Assembly: GCF_018350175.1 (NCBI RefSeq)
Contig: NC_058368.1
Location: 115,694,001-115,758,000, forward strand
DNA from: Felis catus
Lineage: Eukaryota
Length of the DNA: 64,000 nucleotides
Reading direction: 5' to 3'
The position numbers and the translations under genes are program-made. Under the pieces are notes generated by a model. That model searched no databases, was not told the origin of the DNA, and saw nothing but the letters and a program-made list of their open reading frames with translations. Positions 37,570 through 50,590 of this stretch are shown here, in pieces. Every line of letters starts with the position of its first letter. Position 1 is the stretch's first letter.

Positions 37570-38470
37570 CCTGCGGACTCAGGGTTTGGGTCTGAGGCTG
37601 AGGGTCTTGCAGCGGGGGCGGTGGCTGAGTCTGACCTGGGGTTGGAGGACAGCTGGGGCCCAGCTGGGCAAGGTGGGGGGGGGGCGGAACCTCGCAGCGC
37701 TCCCCTTCCCCCCTTTCTTAAAGGGCCGGCGCGGGGCTGAGCGGGAAGAGGCCAGCTGCACCATCCCAGGCTGGGTCTGGGCACACAGTGGGGACCTGGG
37801 AGTTGGAGGCGTGGCGGGCGGGCCAGCCCCAGTGGCTGCTGTCGCCTCCAGCTCCGCTCCCGCCCGCCTGCAGTCCCCCCGCCCTTCCCCGCCCTTCCCG
37901 CTCCTCCCTCCCTCCCTCCCTCCTTCTCTCTTTCCTTCCCTCCCTCCAGCCGTCCGTCCCCTCATCTCTGCTCAGCTTCTCCACAGCCTTGGCTCTGACA
38001 CCTGAAGGGACAGAAGCGGGCACGGGGAGTCCCGACAGGCGGTTGTGGAGTGGGACGGTCAGTCAAGCAGAGGCCTCCGCATGGCCCCGCCGTGAGAGCC
38101 TGGACCCAGCGACTGGGACCCGGAGCGGTGAGTGGGGCCGCGGGGCCACTTGGTCCCAGGGCCCTCGTTCCGGGACCCCGCCCCTCCCCAAGTCGGATTG
38201 GGGGCTAGTGGGGGATGCTGGGGGGGAACGCACTATGGGTGGCGGGCACCGCCCTCCGCCCTCCGCCCTCCATGCCCGCCCGGGTCTGCTTAACAAAGCT
38301 ACATTTTGAGATCAATTCCGTGGCGGCTGGAGCATCCGAAGGATACGGTTGTCATGGAGATGGGGCCGTGAGAGGAAAGCCCGGGGATGGCCGGGTCTGG
38401 GCCGGGGAATGGGGGCGCCACTAGAGAACCCCAGGCCAGCCTGCAGGGCCAGTCAGGACCAGCCGGCCCA
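37570..38470. promoter_or_regulatory. CpG-rich promoter of PSD2
   Basis: Local CpG and GC enrichment, several GC boxes (GGGGCGG, CCCGCCC), a CT-rich tract at about 37875-37960, followed by a strong splice donor. Confidence 0.75.
37900..38127 (+). other. PSD2: Probable non-coding exon 1 of PSD2 (5' boundary approximate)
   Basis: Lies in a CpG-rich promoter and ends in a consensus donor GCG|gtgagt at 38128, about 13.4 kb upstream of the first coding exon. Confidence 0.7.
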
Positions 38471-40454
38471 GTTGCCTTCTGGGCTCTGCCTCCTGATCCC
38501 CCCCTTTTGTATAATCTAAGATACACGTGTGCATTGATGGGGTGCCAGTGGCAGCTTGGTGGCAGGAGACCCAGGGTGTTGGGTGGTTGCCGGGGCCTGC
38601 TGGCAGCTACCTTTACCATCGAGCAGCTTTGAGGATTTATTTCTGTTTCCAGTTTCCTAACTTTGACAGCCTGGCTTGGCGGCCAGGCCTTCTCAGCTCT
38701 GGACTCTGCTGCTGTAACAGGGGCTTACATGGGGGCGTGGCAGGCAGCGGGCAAGGCTGAGAAGGCACATAATGGCCGTGGCAGCCGCAGGGAGGGAGGG
38801 GTCCTTAGAGCCTGCTGCTGGGGCTGGGGTGGGGCAGGGAATCCAGATGTGGGGACCACCCTGCCCAGATGGCTCCCTCCTAAGAGGAGGTATTCTGACT
38901 CTTGCTGTCCCTGGAGGATCTGAGGACTCCCTGAATGAGAACTGGAGACATTGTCTCCACACAGGCTCAGGGGGCCATTGCCCCAGCCTACCCCTTTGTC
39001 TTGGGGCCATCTTGGGGGGGGGTGATGGAAGAGAACTGGGGACAGAAGCACCAGCCACAATGGGAGTGGGTCTGAGATTTCTGGCAGGTTCAGGATAAGT
39101 CAGGCTGAGCTTGATGGGTGGGTGAATGGGGGGGGGGCAGAGAGCAGGGAGAGAACTCAGGGTTTGGCCAGAGCAGATGGGCAGCCTGGGAGGCATTTGA
39201 ACTTTCCTAGGCTCCCAGCTCCTTCTTCCAGACTCTGGAAACAAGAGCTACTTAATGGAGGGTTCTCAGGCAGCTTGAGGGAGAGTGGGTAAGGGGCATT
39301 GTGACTACCTCCAAGCCCAACCCCTAACCCTGGGCAAATACAGTCATTCTTCCACCCCTTTCCCTGCGAAGTTAGGAGCCCTACCTGCCAGGGAAATTCT
39401 GTGACCTGGGATCTCTGAATCAGTAAAATGGGCCAGCTGCCCTCTGGAGGAGAGACCTGCTCACCCAAGAGACCCCCCCCCCCATCCCCCATGGCAAAAT
39501 ACGTTGACAGGACAGAGAGGGAGGGCTCTGAGGGGGACATTACCTCACCAAGCTTCGGTATATTGAGCACTACCACTGGCTAAGTACTCTCATACACACA
39601 ACCACCTTTAGAGGATTATACTATTACTCCCACTTTGTGGGGGTGGATACGGATGCTCAGGGAAAAGTTGCTTGTTCAAAGGCACTTAGTAAGTGGCAGG
39701 ATCAGGATTTGTACCTGGGCAGAACTGTCTGCTGCTTGGACCTATGTCCCCAGTCTCATTCTCTTCTTCCCTGAAATGCAAGTCAGGAGGGAGACTGCAG
39801 GAGACTGCATGCCTTTCCATCTGGAGCAAGGGAATGACCTTGGGGGAAACTGAGGCACTAAGCTAGGGTCTTCTAGAGACATGGGATCGAGGCATTCCCA
39901 TTCAGGACATTTGCTTGCAGGAAAATGACACTGCCTCTCGTGACAGAAGATGTTCTAGGCATCCTTTGCCAGATGGTCTTTTCCAGGAAAATCTGTTTTG
40001 AGCGGCATCTTATGTCTGGGGCTCCATATTTAGCCTGGCTCCTCACACAGGAGGATACACTCAGACTGTCACCCTTTGAGGGGTGTTTGAGGGGGGGAGG
40101 AGTGGTGAGCCTGGGCCAGCCCTGGCTTCTTGGCACAGGTCAGGCAGAGGTGGGGCAGGACTGCCTTGCTGGTCTCCCTGGGACCTGGCTGTTTTCTGCA
40201 GAGCCCCTTGTCCTTCTAAGGGAGTTTGCTCACAGGTAGGTCTTCCTTGGGGTCTGATCCCTTTTAGGTGTGAGCCATTCCAGAGCTGTGCCTGCCTGGC
40301 CCCAATGGGCTCTAGCGTCTAGCTTGTGGCCTGTCGCTGTGCCATACTGCCTCTCTGACTCCTGCCCAGGCAGGCGGGGCCCTGAGCTTCCCTCTTGGCA
40401 ATGTCTCCCTTGCCTCCTTTCCTTCCCCCCTAACTTTTTGTCTTGTCACACCTG

Positions 40455-41090
40455 GTAGTACAATGAATACCCACCTATACACCCTTCACCTGGAAATCTA
40501 GAGACCTAGATTTGCCAGCTGTGGATGTTTTACCCACATTTGTTTTCCTCTGTCTCTGAACCCTTTGGAAGTAAGTTGCAGACATCATAGCACTTCACCT
40601 CTGAATAATTCAGCATGAGTTTCCTGAGACGAGGACATTTTTCTACATAATGACTATATATTGCCATACTCAAGAAGTTTCACGATGATACAATTTAACC
40701 TAATATGTAATCTATATTCAAATTTCTCCAGTTGTACCAGTAATATCCTTTATAGCTGTTTTAAAAGCAAGTTTTGATCAAGGATCATACTGTTGCATTT
40801 AGTTACATATCTTTAGTCTCCTTTAATCTGTAACAATAGCCCTTTTTTTTTTTTTAAGTCTTTTATAACATTGTCAATTTTAAAGAGCCGGGGTCAGTCT
40901 TCCTGTAGAATGTTCTACATTCTGAATTTGTTTCATGGCTTGCTCATGAGTAGATTCACGTTAAACATTTTTTTGGCAAGAATATCCCATAGGTGATGTT
41001 TGCTTCCTTCTCATTGCTTCTCATCAGGAGGCAGATGCCATCAGCTTGTCCTGTAATAGGTGATCATTTAAGTTAGGTCACTTGGCTAAG
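40455..41090 (-). mobile_element. Ancient L1 (L1MC/L1ME-class) 3' fragment
   Basis: gtaagttgcagacatcatagcacttcacc...ttcagcatg...ggacattttt; AT-rich island in a GC-rich intron. Confidence 0.65.
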
Positions 41091-41099
41091 GAGTCCCTC

Positions 41100-43280
41100 T
41101 GTTTTACTCTGTTCCTCTCTTTTTCCACTTCCAGAAGCTTCATCCACCTGGTCATCCATGCATCAGGTCAGCAAAACTGACCGAGCCAGTACTTCAAACC
41201 ACATACTGGAGAAGGGTGATTCAGCAGACACTGATGAGGTCTTCAAGGAACTCTCAACCTCAGGGGTGGTGTGGGGGTGAGCCACGACTGGGGCAGAAAG
41301 TAGTGTGGGGGCACAAGTGGGGGAGCAGCGATGGAGGGGGGCAAGACAAGAAGAAAAGGGGTGGGGCCAGGAATGTGGGCTGATAAGCAGGCCCTTTCTC
41401 CAAGGACACAGGGAGCCACCAAAGGCTTTTGAGAGGGGAGTAATGGGGGCAGATGTGTGTGTTGGAAAAGATGTGCTGAGGAAGATGGAAGGGGATTGGC
41501 AGGGCCAGAATGTTGGACAAGGGATTGGTCATGCTGCCAGTGATGTGACCCGGTGCAAGATGCCAGGCAATGGATTTGGGACCGCCGCATGTGGCAGCCA
41601 CAGGGCATGCACGGTGGGAATGGAGTTGGTGGGGTGGTGGCCTTGTGGGACCGGGATCTGGCAGATGGGAGGTGGAGAGAAGGAAAGGAGACATGGAGGA
41701 GGCAGACTGGATAGACGCTGGCATCAGGCTAGAGGTGGGGAGAGCGGTCTTGAGCTGGCCTGGGAAGGGTGATGGAGAATGCAGTTTTGAGTGTGTGAGG
41801 TCCACGTTACTTTCCAGGTGAGAGGAACGGTGTGTGGGAAGCTCATTTTTCAGGTGTTGGTGGCTACCTGTGGCTACCCTCTCAGACGGTCTTTTGGAAT
41901 GAGGGCAGAGAGAAGGCTCTTCATGACTCAAAGTAGGGAACGGGTGGTGGACTTTCTGGCACCAGCAGGGGAAGGAGTTTGAGCAGGGGCCACTATAAAA
42001 CTGAGGACAGTCCGTCCTTTGCAGACCCCCAACACCCTTACCTCATTTTGCTTCTTCATGCTTGCTTGGCCAAACCCCAACTCTGGTGAAATCCCAACAC
42101 CCTGCACGCTCCACATGTGCACCTGTGAAGCCGAATGGGGCTGAGAAAAACCACTACGCCAACTGGTCTCACTTCAAGTTTAAAACTTTGAACTTTAGGT
42201 GTGTCCTTAGTGCTGTCCAGCAGTCCCACCATAGGTCCTGAGTCTATCCCCTCTCCCCCTACCTGCTGACTGTTTCACATTTCTACCCTCAGTTCTCTCT
42301 CTCAGCTGATGATACGGCTTTCTACTTCCTTGAGCAAATGGAAGCAATGAAAACTTTCTCAGACTCCCAGTGCTACAGTCACCCATCTGCCAGCTCCACA
42401 CCCACCGCCTTGCCTTCCTCCTATCCCTGGGGGTGAAGTATTCCTGCTCCCGGTGAAGGCCACCCCTCTGCTTGTGCACTAGATCCTGTCCCCTTGTGCC
42501 TGCTTGAAGGTATCGCTCCGGCTAGTGTCCCCTCCTACGTTATGAGTTCCCCCTGTACTGGATCATTCCACCAGTGGATACTTGCTGTTGTTTCTCCTAT
42601 CTTAAAAGGTGGCTCTCCTGTCTTCTCCATCCAGCTACCACTGCCTCTGTTTGCTCCCCTTCATAGAAGTACTCCCCAGAAGGGTTGTCTAGACTCATTG
42701 TCTCCTGGTTCTCGCTTCCCACGCTCTCTTGACTCCACTCCAGTTGGGCTTTCACCTCCTCCCACTAATCACTCAAGGTCACCACTGACCTCCAAGTTGC
42801 CACACTCAGTGGCCAAGTCTCGGTCCTCATCTGAAGCGTCTGACACATTCAGTGTCTCCCTCTTCTTGAAATATTCTCTTGGACTTCCAGGACATCCATT
42901 TTCCTGTTTTCTTCCCACTTTGTGGGTTGATCCTAATCCGTTTCTTTTTCCCCCTGCCCACCCATGGCTCATCCCTTGCACAGCATGGCTGGTCTTCTTC
43001 CTTTCCATTTACTCCTGTACTGATCTTGTCCAGACCTGTGGCTTTAAATACACCTGTCTACATGCTACCAGCTCCCACATTTATACCCTCAATTTCGGGC
43101 ACTCTCCTGAGCTCCAGTAACCTTCTCAGCACTTCTCAACACTTCCAACTCAACTTGTCCAAAGCTGACCTCCTGATCTTCCTCCCCAAACCTGTTCCAC
43201 CTGGTCTTCCCCATCCTTCCAGGTGCTCAGGGCCCAAGCACAGTCATTCCAGACTCCTCTTTGTCTCCTACCCCATGTAC
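41100..43280. mobile_element. Degraded L2-like segments
   Basis: L2-like phrases (ggctttaaatacacc, cttgtccaaagctgacctcctgatcttcc, tgggcttt...actcaaggtcaccactgacctcc). Confidence 0.5.
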
Positions 43281-45512
43281 TGCTCATCAAGCGGTGAGGC
43301 TTTTACCAGCCATCAGATCTTCTGTCAGTGGGTTATGGCTGAATAGGAGGGACTAGCTCAGAAACGGGGACAGGGAGGCAATAGTGGGATGGTCCACTAC
43401 AGCCCATTTCACACCAGCTGGTTTTGCAGCCTTCATCCAGCCTCAAGGAGACCACAACCTTTGTTAAGACCCTGTGCTGAAGTCCTAAAGCAGAAGCAGG
43501 ATCGAGCAGGGGAAGGGGGGAGAGGGGGATTCAGCAAGGCTGAGGTTAAGTGGAGCTATAACATCAAGAGGTTGGGAAGGGGTGGGGAGAAAGTGACAGG
43601 GGAGGAGGCAGAGAAGGAGAGGGGCTTTAGGGAGATGGGGGGGCAGATAGAGAATGTGAGGATCTAGGGAGTATCGAGTAAATAAAACTTGGGCCCAGAA
43701 AAGGGAGGGTGAAATTTCTTGGTGCATCTCTCCTAGCTATCAAGCCCGACTGGGGGGCAGCTGCTCAGTGATTGACCCCTCAGATCTGCCCTCAGTCAGG
43801 CATGTGAGCTGAGGCAGGGTTGACTTGCACCTGATCAGTCTCTTGCAGCTCTTGGGGTTCAACTATCATTCTGCAGCCTCTTGAGTCAAATGGGGCTCAA
43901 GAAGCAGAATGAGTCCCAGGTACCCTGTGAAGCTCCAGGAAACAGAGCAGTGGCCAGTCACTTAACCAGAACAGCCTAGTCCCTTGCAGTCCCAGATAAC
44001 TGAAGGCCCACCCTGTAGGGAAGCCAGCTGGAGGTAGAGTCCCCAGCCGTAAATGTGACTTGGGATTTGACGGCAGACATGAATTTCATCATGTTGAGGG
44101 CTCTCCAAACCAGCCAGCAGATATATGCAAATGCTGAGCAAAGGAGGGTGCCAAGTGGCTGGGGGATGGGGAGAGAAGCAAGCCAGGAGACATCAAGGAA
44201 TGACCTTTGCAAAGCTGGGCCCAGGGGCCCTTGAAAGTCCCAGCAGGGTGTGGGGCGCATGCAGATAAGATGCAAATGTGCACCCAGCCCTGGGGACCTT
44301 TGACTGTCCAACCATGAGAAAGGGGAGACCTTCCAGATGCCCACAACCCAAGGCAAAGCTGGTTCCCCAGGGGCCAAACTGGGAGGAAGAAAACCAGGTG
44401 ATGTTGGGCTCCCTAATGACCCTGAACTGGCACTAAGTGAAGGGCTTGGGCAACTTTTAAGGGAGGCCCAGGACCCTGGCCCTTGCCCTGCATATAGTAT
44501 TGCCCTTGTGCCTTGAGATGGAAAGCTAGGAGGGAGCCTGGCCTGGGGCGGGAAAGTTGGTGGGGCCAGGACTGTAAGGTCTTCACTTGCCTCAGAAAAG
44601 GGTAGGGTGCTCTCTCTGGCCCACCTCCTGGGCCCTAAGGTTGGAGGCTTTCTCCTGCCCCACCCTCAGGCTGGCCCTCTGAAACCCTTGCCTCAGAAGC
44701 CGCTCTGACAGGCTGCCGAGGGAAAATGTCTGCAGGGCCCGCTGAGTGTCCTGTGCTGCTCTCAGGTGCCTTCTGTCTCCAGTGTGGGCAGCTTGCTCTT
44801 TCCCCTGTGGGCCTGAGAGAGGGTTCTGGGAAGCACTTGTGCCTGGCTCTGAGCACCTCAGCCTTGCCAGCTCCTTCAGTCCTCACTGCAGCCCTGTAAG
44901 GCAGATGCTGCCAGCACCCTGCATTTTATAGAGGAAAGTGCTGAGGCTCTGAGAGGTCACACAGCTGATGGGTAGCAGAGCTGGGATTTGCAGGCAGATC
45001 TTTCTGACTGTACAGTTAGGACACTGACCCACTGTCCTGGACTCCTACTCTGAGGCACCTGTTGCTGCATGAGATCCTCCAAGTTGGGAAGACCAAGTAG
45101 GTTTGGAGGGATTAGGGTCACTTTGAGGAATGGAAGCAGGGAAATTTCCAAGGCTCCTGGGTAGACATCACCTTCGTTTTGTCCTGGTTACATCCCCTGC
45201 CCCCAAGCAGTTGGGTCATTGAAGAGACACGTGACTGGGCTGATCTTTGCCAAGGGATGGTACTTAGAGCTCTGACCTCCGGACTCCTTAGCTGACAGAG
45301 GCTTGGGGAGAGCATGGTGAGCCTGGGGGACCAGGGACCCCACCCCCCCAAGGAGGGGTCTTCCTGTAAGCTTCCTGTTGCCCTTGCTGTCAGTGGCCCA
45401 GCAGGGTCTTGTGGAATCCTGGAGTGCCCAGGCCTGGGCTAACCCGGGCCCTGCGAATGTTATGGGCCACATGTGGCTGAAGTCTGTTCTGAGCACTTAC
45501 TATACATCAGCC

Positions 45513-46654
45513 CCTAGGCATGTAAGGTCCTCATCTCCATCTCATCACCTGGGGAGACTGCCTCATGAGTGGCTGCCCAGGTCCCTTCGTTCAGTGTGTG
45601 TGTGGGCATGTATGTATGTGTTGAGAAATGCCCACACCCTATATTTCATTGATCACCTTATTTAACTGTTCCTGTGTGTATGTGCATGTGTGACTATCCC
45701 AGCCCATGTGCTAAAATCTGGATGAGCTAGGGAGTCATGTAGTAAGAGTTTGGGGAAAGGCAGTGGGATATTAGGGAGGTTTCCAGAGTGGGCTCCCAAG
45801 GGGCAAAGAATAGCTCTGAGATGAAAAGGTTTCCAGCTTTTTTTCTCCCTGGCAAGTAGGCCCTTCTGGGATGCTGAGTGTCCACTGTTGGAGGTGGGAG
45901 GTCTTTCAAGCCTATCCCATTTGGAGTTCATGCCCAGGGCATATGGATGGGCTTTAGGAGCACATGAGCCTCTTAAAAATACTCAAAATGTTGTGCACAT
46001 ATGTGAGTCTGTCTGGGTGGGATCCACAGCTCTGTCAAATGTTCAGAGAAGTCCAAGACTTGGAAATGGTTAGGAATCTCTTATGAACATGGGGAAATGA
46101 GGCCAGGGAAGGGTTTCATTTGTCTAAATTCCCCTAGCACATTAGAGGCAAAACCTTATTCCAGAATGATTTTCTCTGATTCTGTTCCCTTCTACACCTA
46201 TCGTTCCTGGGCTCTAAGTACTCTTGGACATTCCACAGGCTCCTAGATTTTGCCTGTCCTGGGTAGTGCTCAGCACCATGGGTTCCCCACCTCAGCTCTG
46301 CCTCCTGTATCCCCCTTTCCACCAAATAGGCCTGTACTTTCCTATCTCCTGCCAAACCCACACAAGCCACCTGATGCTGCTGTATGTGGCTGTGGCCACT
46401 GTGAGTGTGGGTCCTCCCATCCTCCACCCTAACCTGGGTTGTCCCTTTCCTGCTCCTGGCTTCTCCCAAAGCAGAATAATTTCAAACCCAGCCACCCATT
46501 GATGTAGGTCTAACTGCCCTGAACCTAGCTCCTAGGCATGTAGGGTCCTCATCTCTGTCTCATCACCTGGGGAGACTGCCTCATGGGTGACTGCCCAGGT
46601 CCCTTCGTGTGTGTGTGTGCATGTGCATGTATGTATGTGCCCAGAAATGCCCAC
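45513..46654 (+). repeat. Direct repeat pair of about 125 bp (45513-45635 and 46531-46654)
   Basis: Both copies read cctaggcatgta.ggtcctcatctc..tctcatcacctggggagactgcctcatg.gtg.ctgcccaggtcccttcgt...gcatgtatgtatgtg...agaaatgcccac. Confidence 0.9.
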
Positions 46655-46944
46655 CATATGCTTGTTCACAGATATGCACACAGGCATCAGCACCCATGCA
46701 TTATCCTTCAGTCTTATAGAACATGTTGGGCCCTGGAACCCTCCTTGTTGAGCCCCCTTCTCCAGACCTTTCCTTGGGCTTCCTACCGTCCCTGGCTTGG
46801 ATCTCTGCGTGGAAACCACACAAGGTTATTCCATGCAGAATGCTAGCCTTGCCACTTTCTAGCTTTGTGGCCCTAAGCATGTTCCTCAACTTCTCTTAGC
46901 TTCTGCTTTTACAACAGTGATGTTGATAATCTCCAGGCTATTCA

Positions 46945-47500
46945 CCAAACGTTTAAAACAGTGCCCGCTGTTTGCCAGGCATGGTGCTAGGCTCTGGGGC
47001 AGACAGTGAATGTGACATAGTCCCCACCCTCCTGAACTTACATCCTAGTGAGGGAGATGGGCAGGAAATAAGGAAACAAATAGAAAAAGGAGTTTCAGTT
47101 CTGTTAAGTGATGCTTAGCAGATAAAATGCTCTGTGGAGGAGTGTGAGAGGGCAGGGTGTTAAGAGAGGGCCTCTCTGAGGAGGCAGCATTGGAGTGGAG
47201 CCCTAAGTGACAGAAGAGGCAGTCATTTAGAGATCTAGGGAAAGAGCATTCTAGGCCAAGGGTACAGCTGGTGCAAAGGCCCTGAGGTGGGAATGAGCTC
47301 AGGGAGCAGAAAGAAGGCCAATGTGGCTGATGGCGTGGGGGATGGGGAGAGGGCAGTGAACCAGCAGAGACAAGGCCTTTTTAGGCCATGCTGAGGAGAA
47401 TGAATTCTAATCGAAGGGCATTGGGAACTATTGGAGGGTTATGAGTGAGGGAGGGATATAATGTGATTTGTGTTTTCATAGCTCATTCCAGCTGCCATGG
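46945..47500 (-). mobile_element. L2 remnant
   Basis: gccaggcatggtgctaggctctgggg, cttacatcctagtgaggg, gtgcaaaggccctgaggtgggaatgag. Confidence 0.7.
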
Positions 47501-49199
47501 GTAAAGTGAGGAGTGAGATTGTTGTAGGTGCAGCTGAGACCCAGAAATTGGCTGGTTTGACATTTAGCCCTGGCCCAACCAGTGTTCCACTGACATCACG
47601 GGTCCACCTTAGTTGGAGCTCAAAAAGATGCTGCCAAGCCCAAGGTCATCTCAAGGGCAGTGAGGAGCAGGAGCCCCTGCTCGGAGTAGGGTCTGGTTTA
47701 TGCTGAGTGAGAATGCAGGGGATCTAACTACTGCCAGCTTGGGATCAGTGCCCTGGGGCCCAGCTGTACTAACTCTCTTGCTCTTGCCAGCAGGGCTGGA
47801 CATGGACAGGGTCACTGCTTTGGGTAGAGTCTCCTGGTTAAAGATTTGAGCCCTTAATCTTGTGGGAGGATCTCACGGAGGGCCTGGGAAACTGGGGGTT
47901 GGTTAATCCAGCACCTCCAGCCCATCTAGGCACAGAAGGAAGCTACTTTTGAGTTTTAGAGGCAGCTCCTCCACCGTGTGACCTTGGGCACATTCTCTCC
48001 TGGTTCTGTGCCTCAGTTTCCCCGTTTGTCAAATGTAGTGGTGGAAAGAGTGGACCATAGCTGACTTTTCCCTTGACCTCTGTAAGAGTTTGTTCTGCCT
48101 TGGATTTCTACTTTCTCAGCATTCATGACCTCAGGTACTCCTACCAGCCCTGGGGAAGGAGAGCAGAAGTGATGCTCCCATTCTGCAGATGGGTTCACAA
48201 AGGCCAGAGAGGATGATGTATCCCAGGGCACATGAAGGTTCAGAGTTAGGGCTTGGGGCATTGTTTGACATCTCTGACCTGAAGCCCCCCCCTTTATGTA
48301 CCCCTCTCTTGGGTCAGAAAGAAGAGGGGGCTCCTGGCTTGGCTATTTCTGGGCTCAACTGGCCCTCAGCCCAGGCAGGGACTCTGGGCCCCCCGCCCAG
48401 AGTGGAGCTCAATGCTGTCCCTTGTCTGCCCACCCCCAGAAACCAAGGACACGGCCCAGTGCCCAGTGTTGGCAGAACCTCCACCCGGCTCCCAGCTGCA
48501 GGAGGACATGGCAGGGCAGGTAGGGCTGGAGCCAGCCTGAGGCAGCTGCTGGAAGTTGGGGGATGAGGTAGGGGCCTCCCAAGGAGTCCTTGATTTGTTC
48601 TTAACCTTGGCTTTGAGGCTGGTGTAAAATGAGCATCAGGTGAAGCTGCTTATGCTTTCAAGTCTCAGGCCTCCTGGGAGCTCAGACAGAGCCCTGACCA
48701 CAGGGGAGGCACTCTGTCCTGCTGGGCTCAGCCTCCACGTGTGGGTGTGGGAGCGAGGCACCCTGGTGGAATTGGGTTGAAGCCCTGTGCCCCAGATCCA
48801 ATGCACATCCAGGCCCCTGGGCTAGAAAGCAGGCCAGAGGACTAGAACTCAGGCAGCAAGCCAAAAGTCTCCACTCTCCCTCCTCTTTCCTTTAGAAATG
48901 CTCCCCCCACCCCCAAGAAGTCTCAGTTGAGGAGATGACCTCCTGTTCTCCCCCCTCTGAGTACACAACCAGAGGGAACAGATTGAAATAGCAACTGCAG
49001 CAGCAGGGATTTAGGGCAGACCAGAAAGAAACCCTCACTTAGTGCCGAGCCCCTTGGGGTCCCCAGCGTCCTAGGATCAGGGCCCAGATATTCTAGAGCC
49101 TAGATCTTCAGATTTGTTTTTTAAAATAAAATCTTAAGCTCATGAGGTCTTCAAAACTCTAGATTCTAGGAAGGAATGCTCAGGGTGGGTGGGCTGAGG

Positions 49200-49345
49200 C
49201 CCCAGACCGCTGTCTACCCCACTCAATAACAGATTCCTATATCTGGTCCCTGTAGATTCTGGTTTAGGAGGTTTGGGGGAGGGCTCATAAACTGTATTTT
49301 AACAAGTCCCTCCAGTGACACTTAGGACCAGGCAAGTATAGGCAA
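49200..49345. mobile_element. MER5-like DNA-transposon remnant
   Basis: agattctggtttaggaggtttgggggagggc...tgtattttaacaagtccctccagtga. Confidence 0.45.
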
Positions 49346-49509
49346 TCTGGGTCTCACTTAAATCCTTTTTGCTATACTTAGAAGCTGTTCTGGTGCAGCC
49401 TCTCAGGCTGACAAGTCCCTCTCCTTCAGCCTCCCCTGAACCCTCAGGACCCCTTTTCAGAGGAGCCTGGGGTTGTTGGGGGGAAGTTGAAGCCTGAAGA
49501 AGGAAGGAA

Positions 49510-49629
49510 AGTGTGCCTGGGTGGCTCCATCGGTTAAGCGTCAGACTCTTGATCTCAGCTCAGGTCTTGATCTCAGGGTCATGAGTTCAAGCCCATCATT
49601 GGGCTCAGTGCTGGGCATGAAGTGTACTT
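49510..49629 (+). mobile_element. Short Can-SINE whose tail became a (GAAA)n array
   Basis: gcctgggtggctccatcggttaagcgtcagactcttgatctcagctcagg...ttgggctc. Confidence 0.85.
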
Positions 49630-49696
<67 letters not shown>

Positions 49697-49821
49697 GAAG
49701 GAAAGGAAGGAAGGAAAGAAGGAAGAAAGAAAGAAAGAAAAAGAAAGAAAGAAGGAAGAAAGAAAGAAGAAAGAAAGAAAGAAAAGAAAGAAAGAAAGAA
49801 AGAGAAAAGAAAGAAAGAAAG

Positions 49822-49880
<59 letters not shown>

Positions 49881-49892
49881 AAAGAAAGAAAG
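49630..49892 (+). repeat. Compound (GAAA)n/(GGAA)n microsatellite, about 260 bp of pure purine
   Basis: Seen directly. Confidence 0.97.
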
Positions 49893-50112
49893 AGGTGCCT
49901 GGGTAGCTCAGTCAGTTGAACATCCAACTTCGACTCAGGTCATGATTTCAAAGTTGGTGGGTTTGAGCCCTTCGTTGAGCTCTGTGCTGACAGATCAGAG
50001 CCTGGAGCCTGTTTCAGATTCTGTGTCTCCCTCTCTCCCTGCCCCTCTCCCACTCGCTCACTCTTGCTCTCTCTCTCTCTCTTACACAAATAAATAAACA
50101 TTAAAAAAAATT
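49893..50112 (+). mobile_element. Can-SINE
   Basis: ggtgcctgggtagctcagtcagttg head, CT tract, aaataaataaacattaaaa tail. Confidence 0.9.
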
Positions 50113-50373
50113 AAGGACAGAAAGAGAAAAAGAAAGAAGGAAGGAAGTCATTTGGAGGGGCTCGTGTGTATCTCCGATGACAAAGATCATGGGTGGGGTG
50201 GTGTGGGGTGATGCAGAAATAGCCTAGACTGGGTGGGGCCAGGGGCAGAGAGACAGTTGAGGGGGAGCCAGAACACAGCCCATTGCATCTGCCCTCTCAT
50301 CTGGGATAAAATTGAGCAGGAAGCCTCTGGGAAATTGGGCTGGTTTTGGTCAGTTTAAAAAGGGGGCAGGGAA

Positions 50374-50590
50374 AGGGGTGTCTGGGTGGCTTAGTTGGTT
50401 AAGCGTCCAACTTCAGCTCAGGTCATGATCTTGTGGTTCGTGGGTTAGAGCCCTGCATTGGGCTCTGTGGCGACAGCTTGGAGCCTGGAGCCTGCTTTGG
50501 ATTCTGCGTCTCCCTCTTTCTCTGCCCCTCCCCTACTCACACTCTGTCTCTTTCTCTCAAAAATAAACATTAAAAAAAATTTTTTTTTAA
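50374..50590 (+). mobile_element. Can-SINE with TSD
   Basis: TSD aaaaagggggcaggga on both sides. Confidence 0.9.

Noticed and set aside
49622..49927. Lys/Glu/Arg-rich and Phe/Leu/Ser-rich ORFs
   Set aside because: Translations of the (GAAA)n microsatellite
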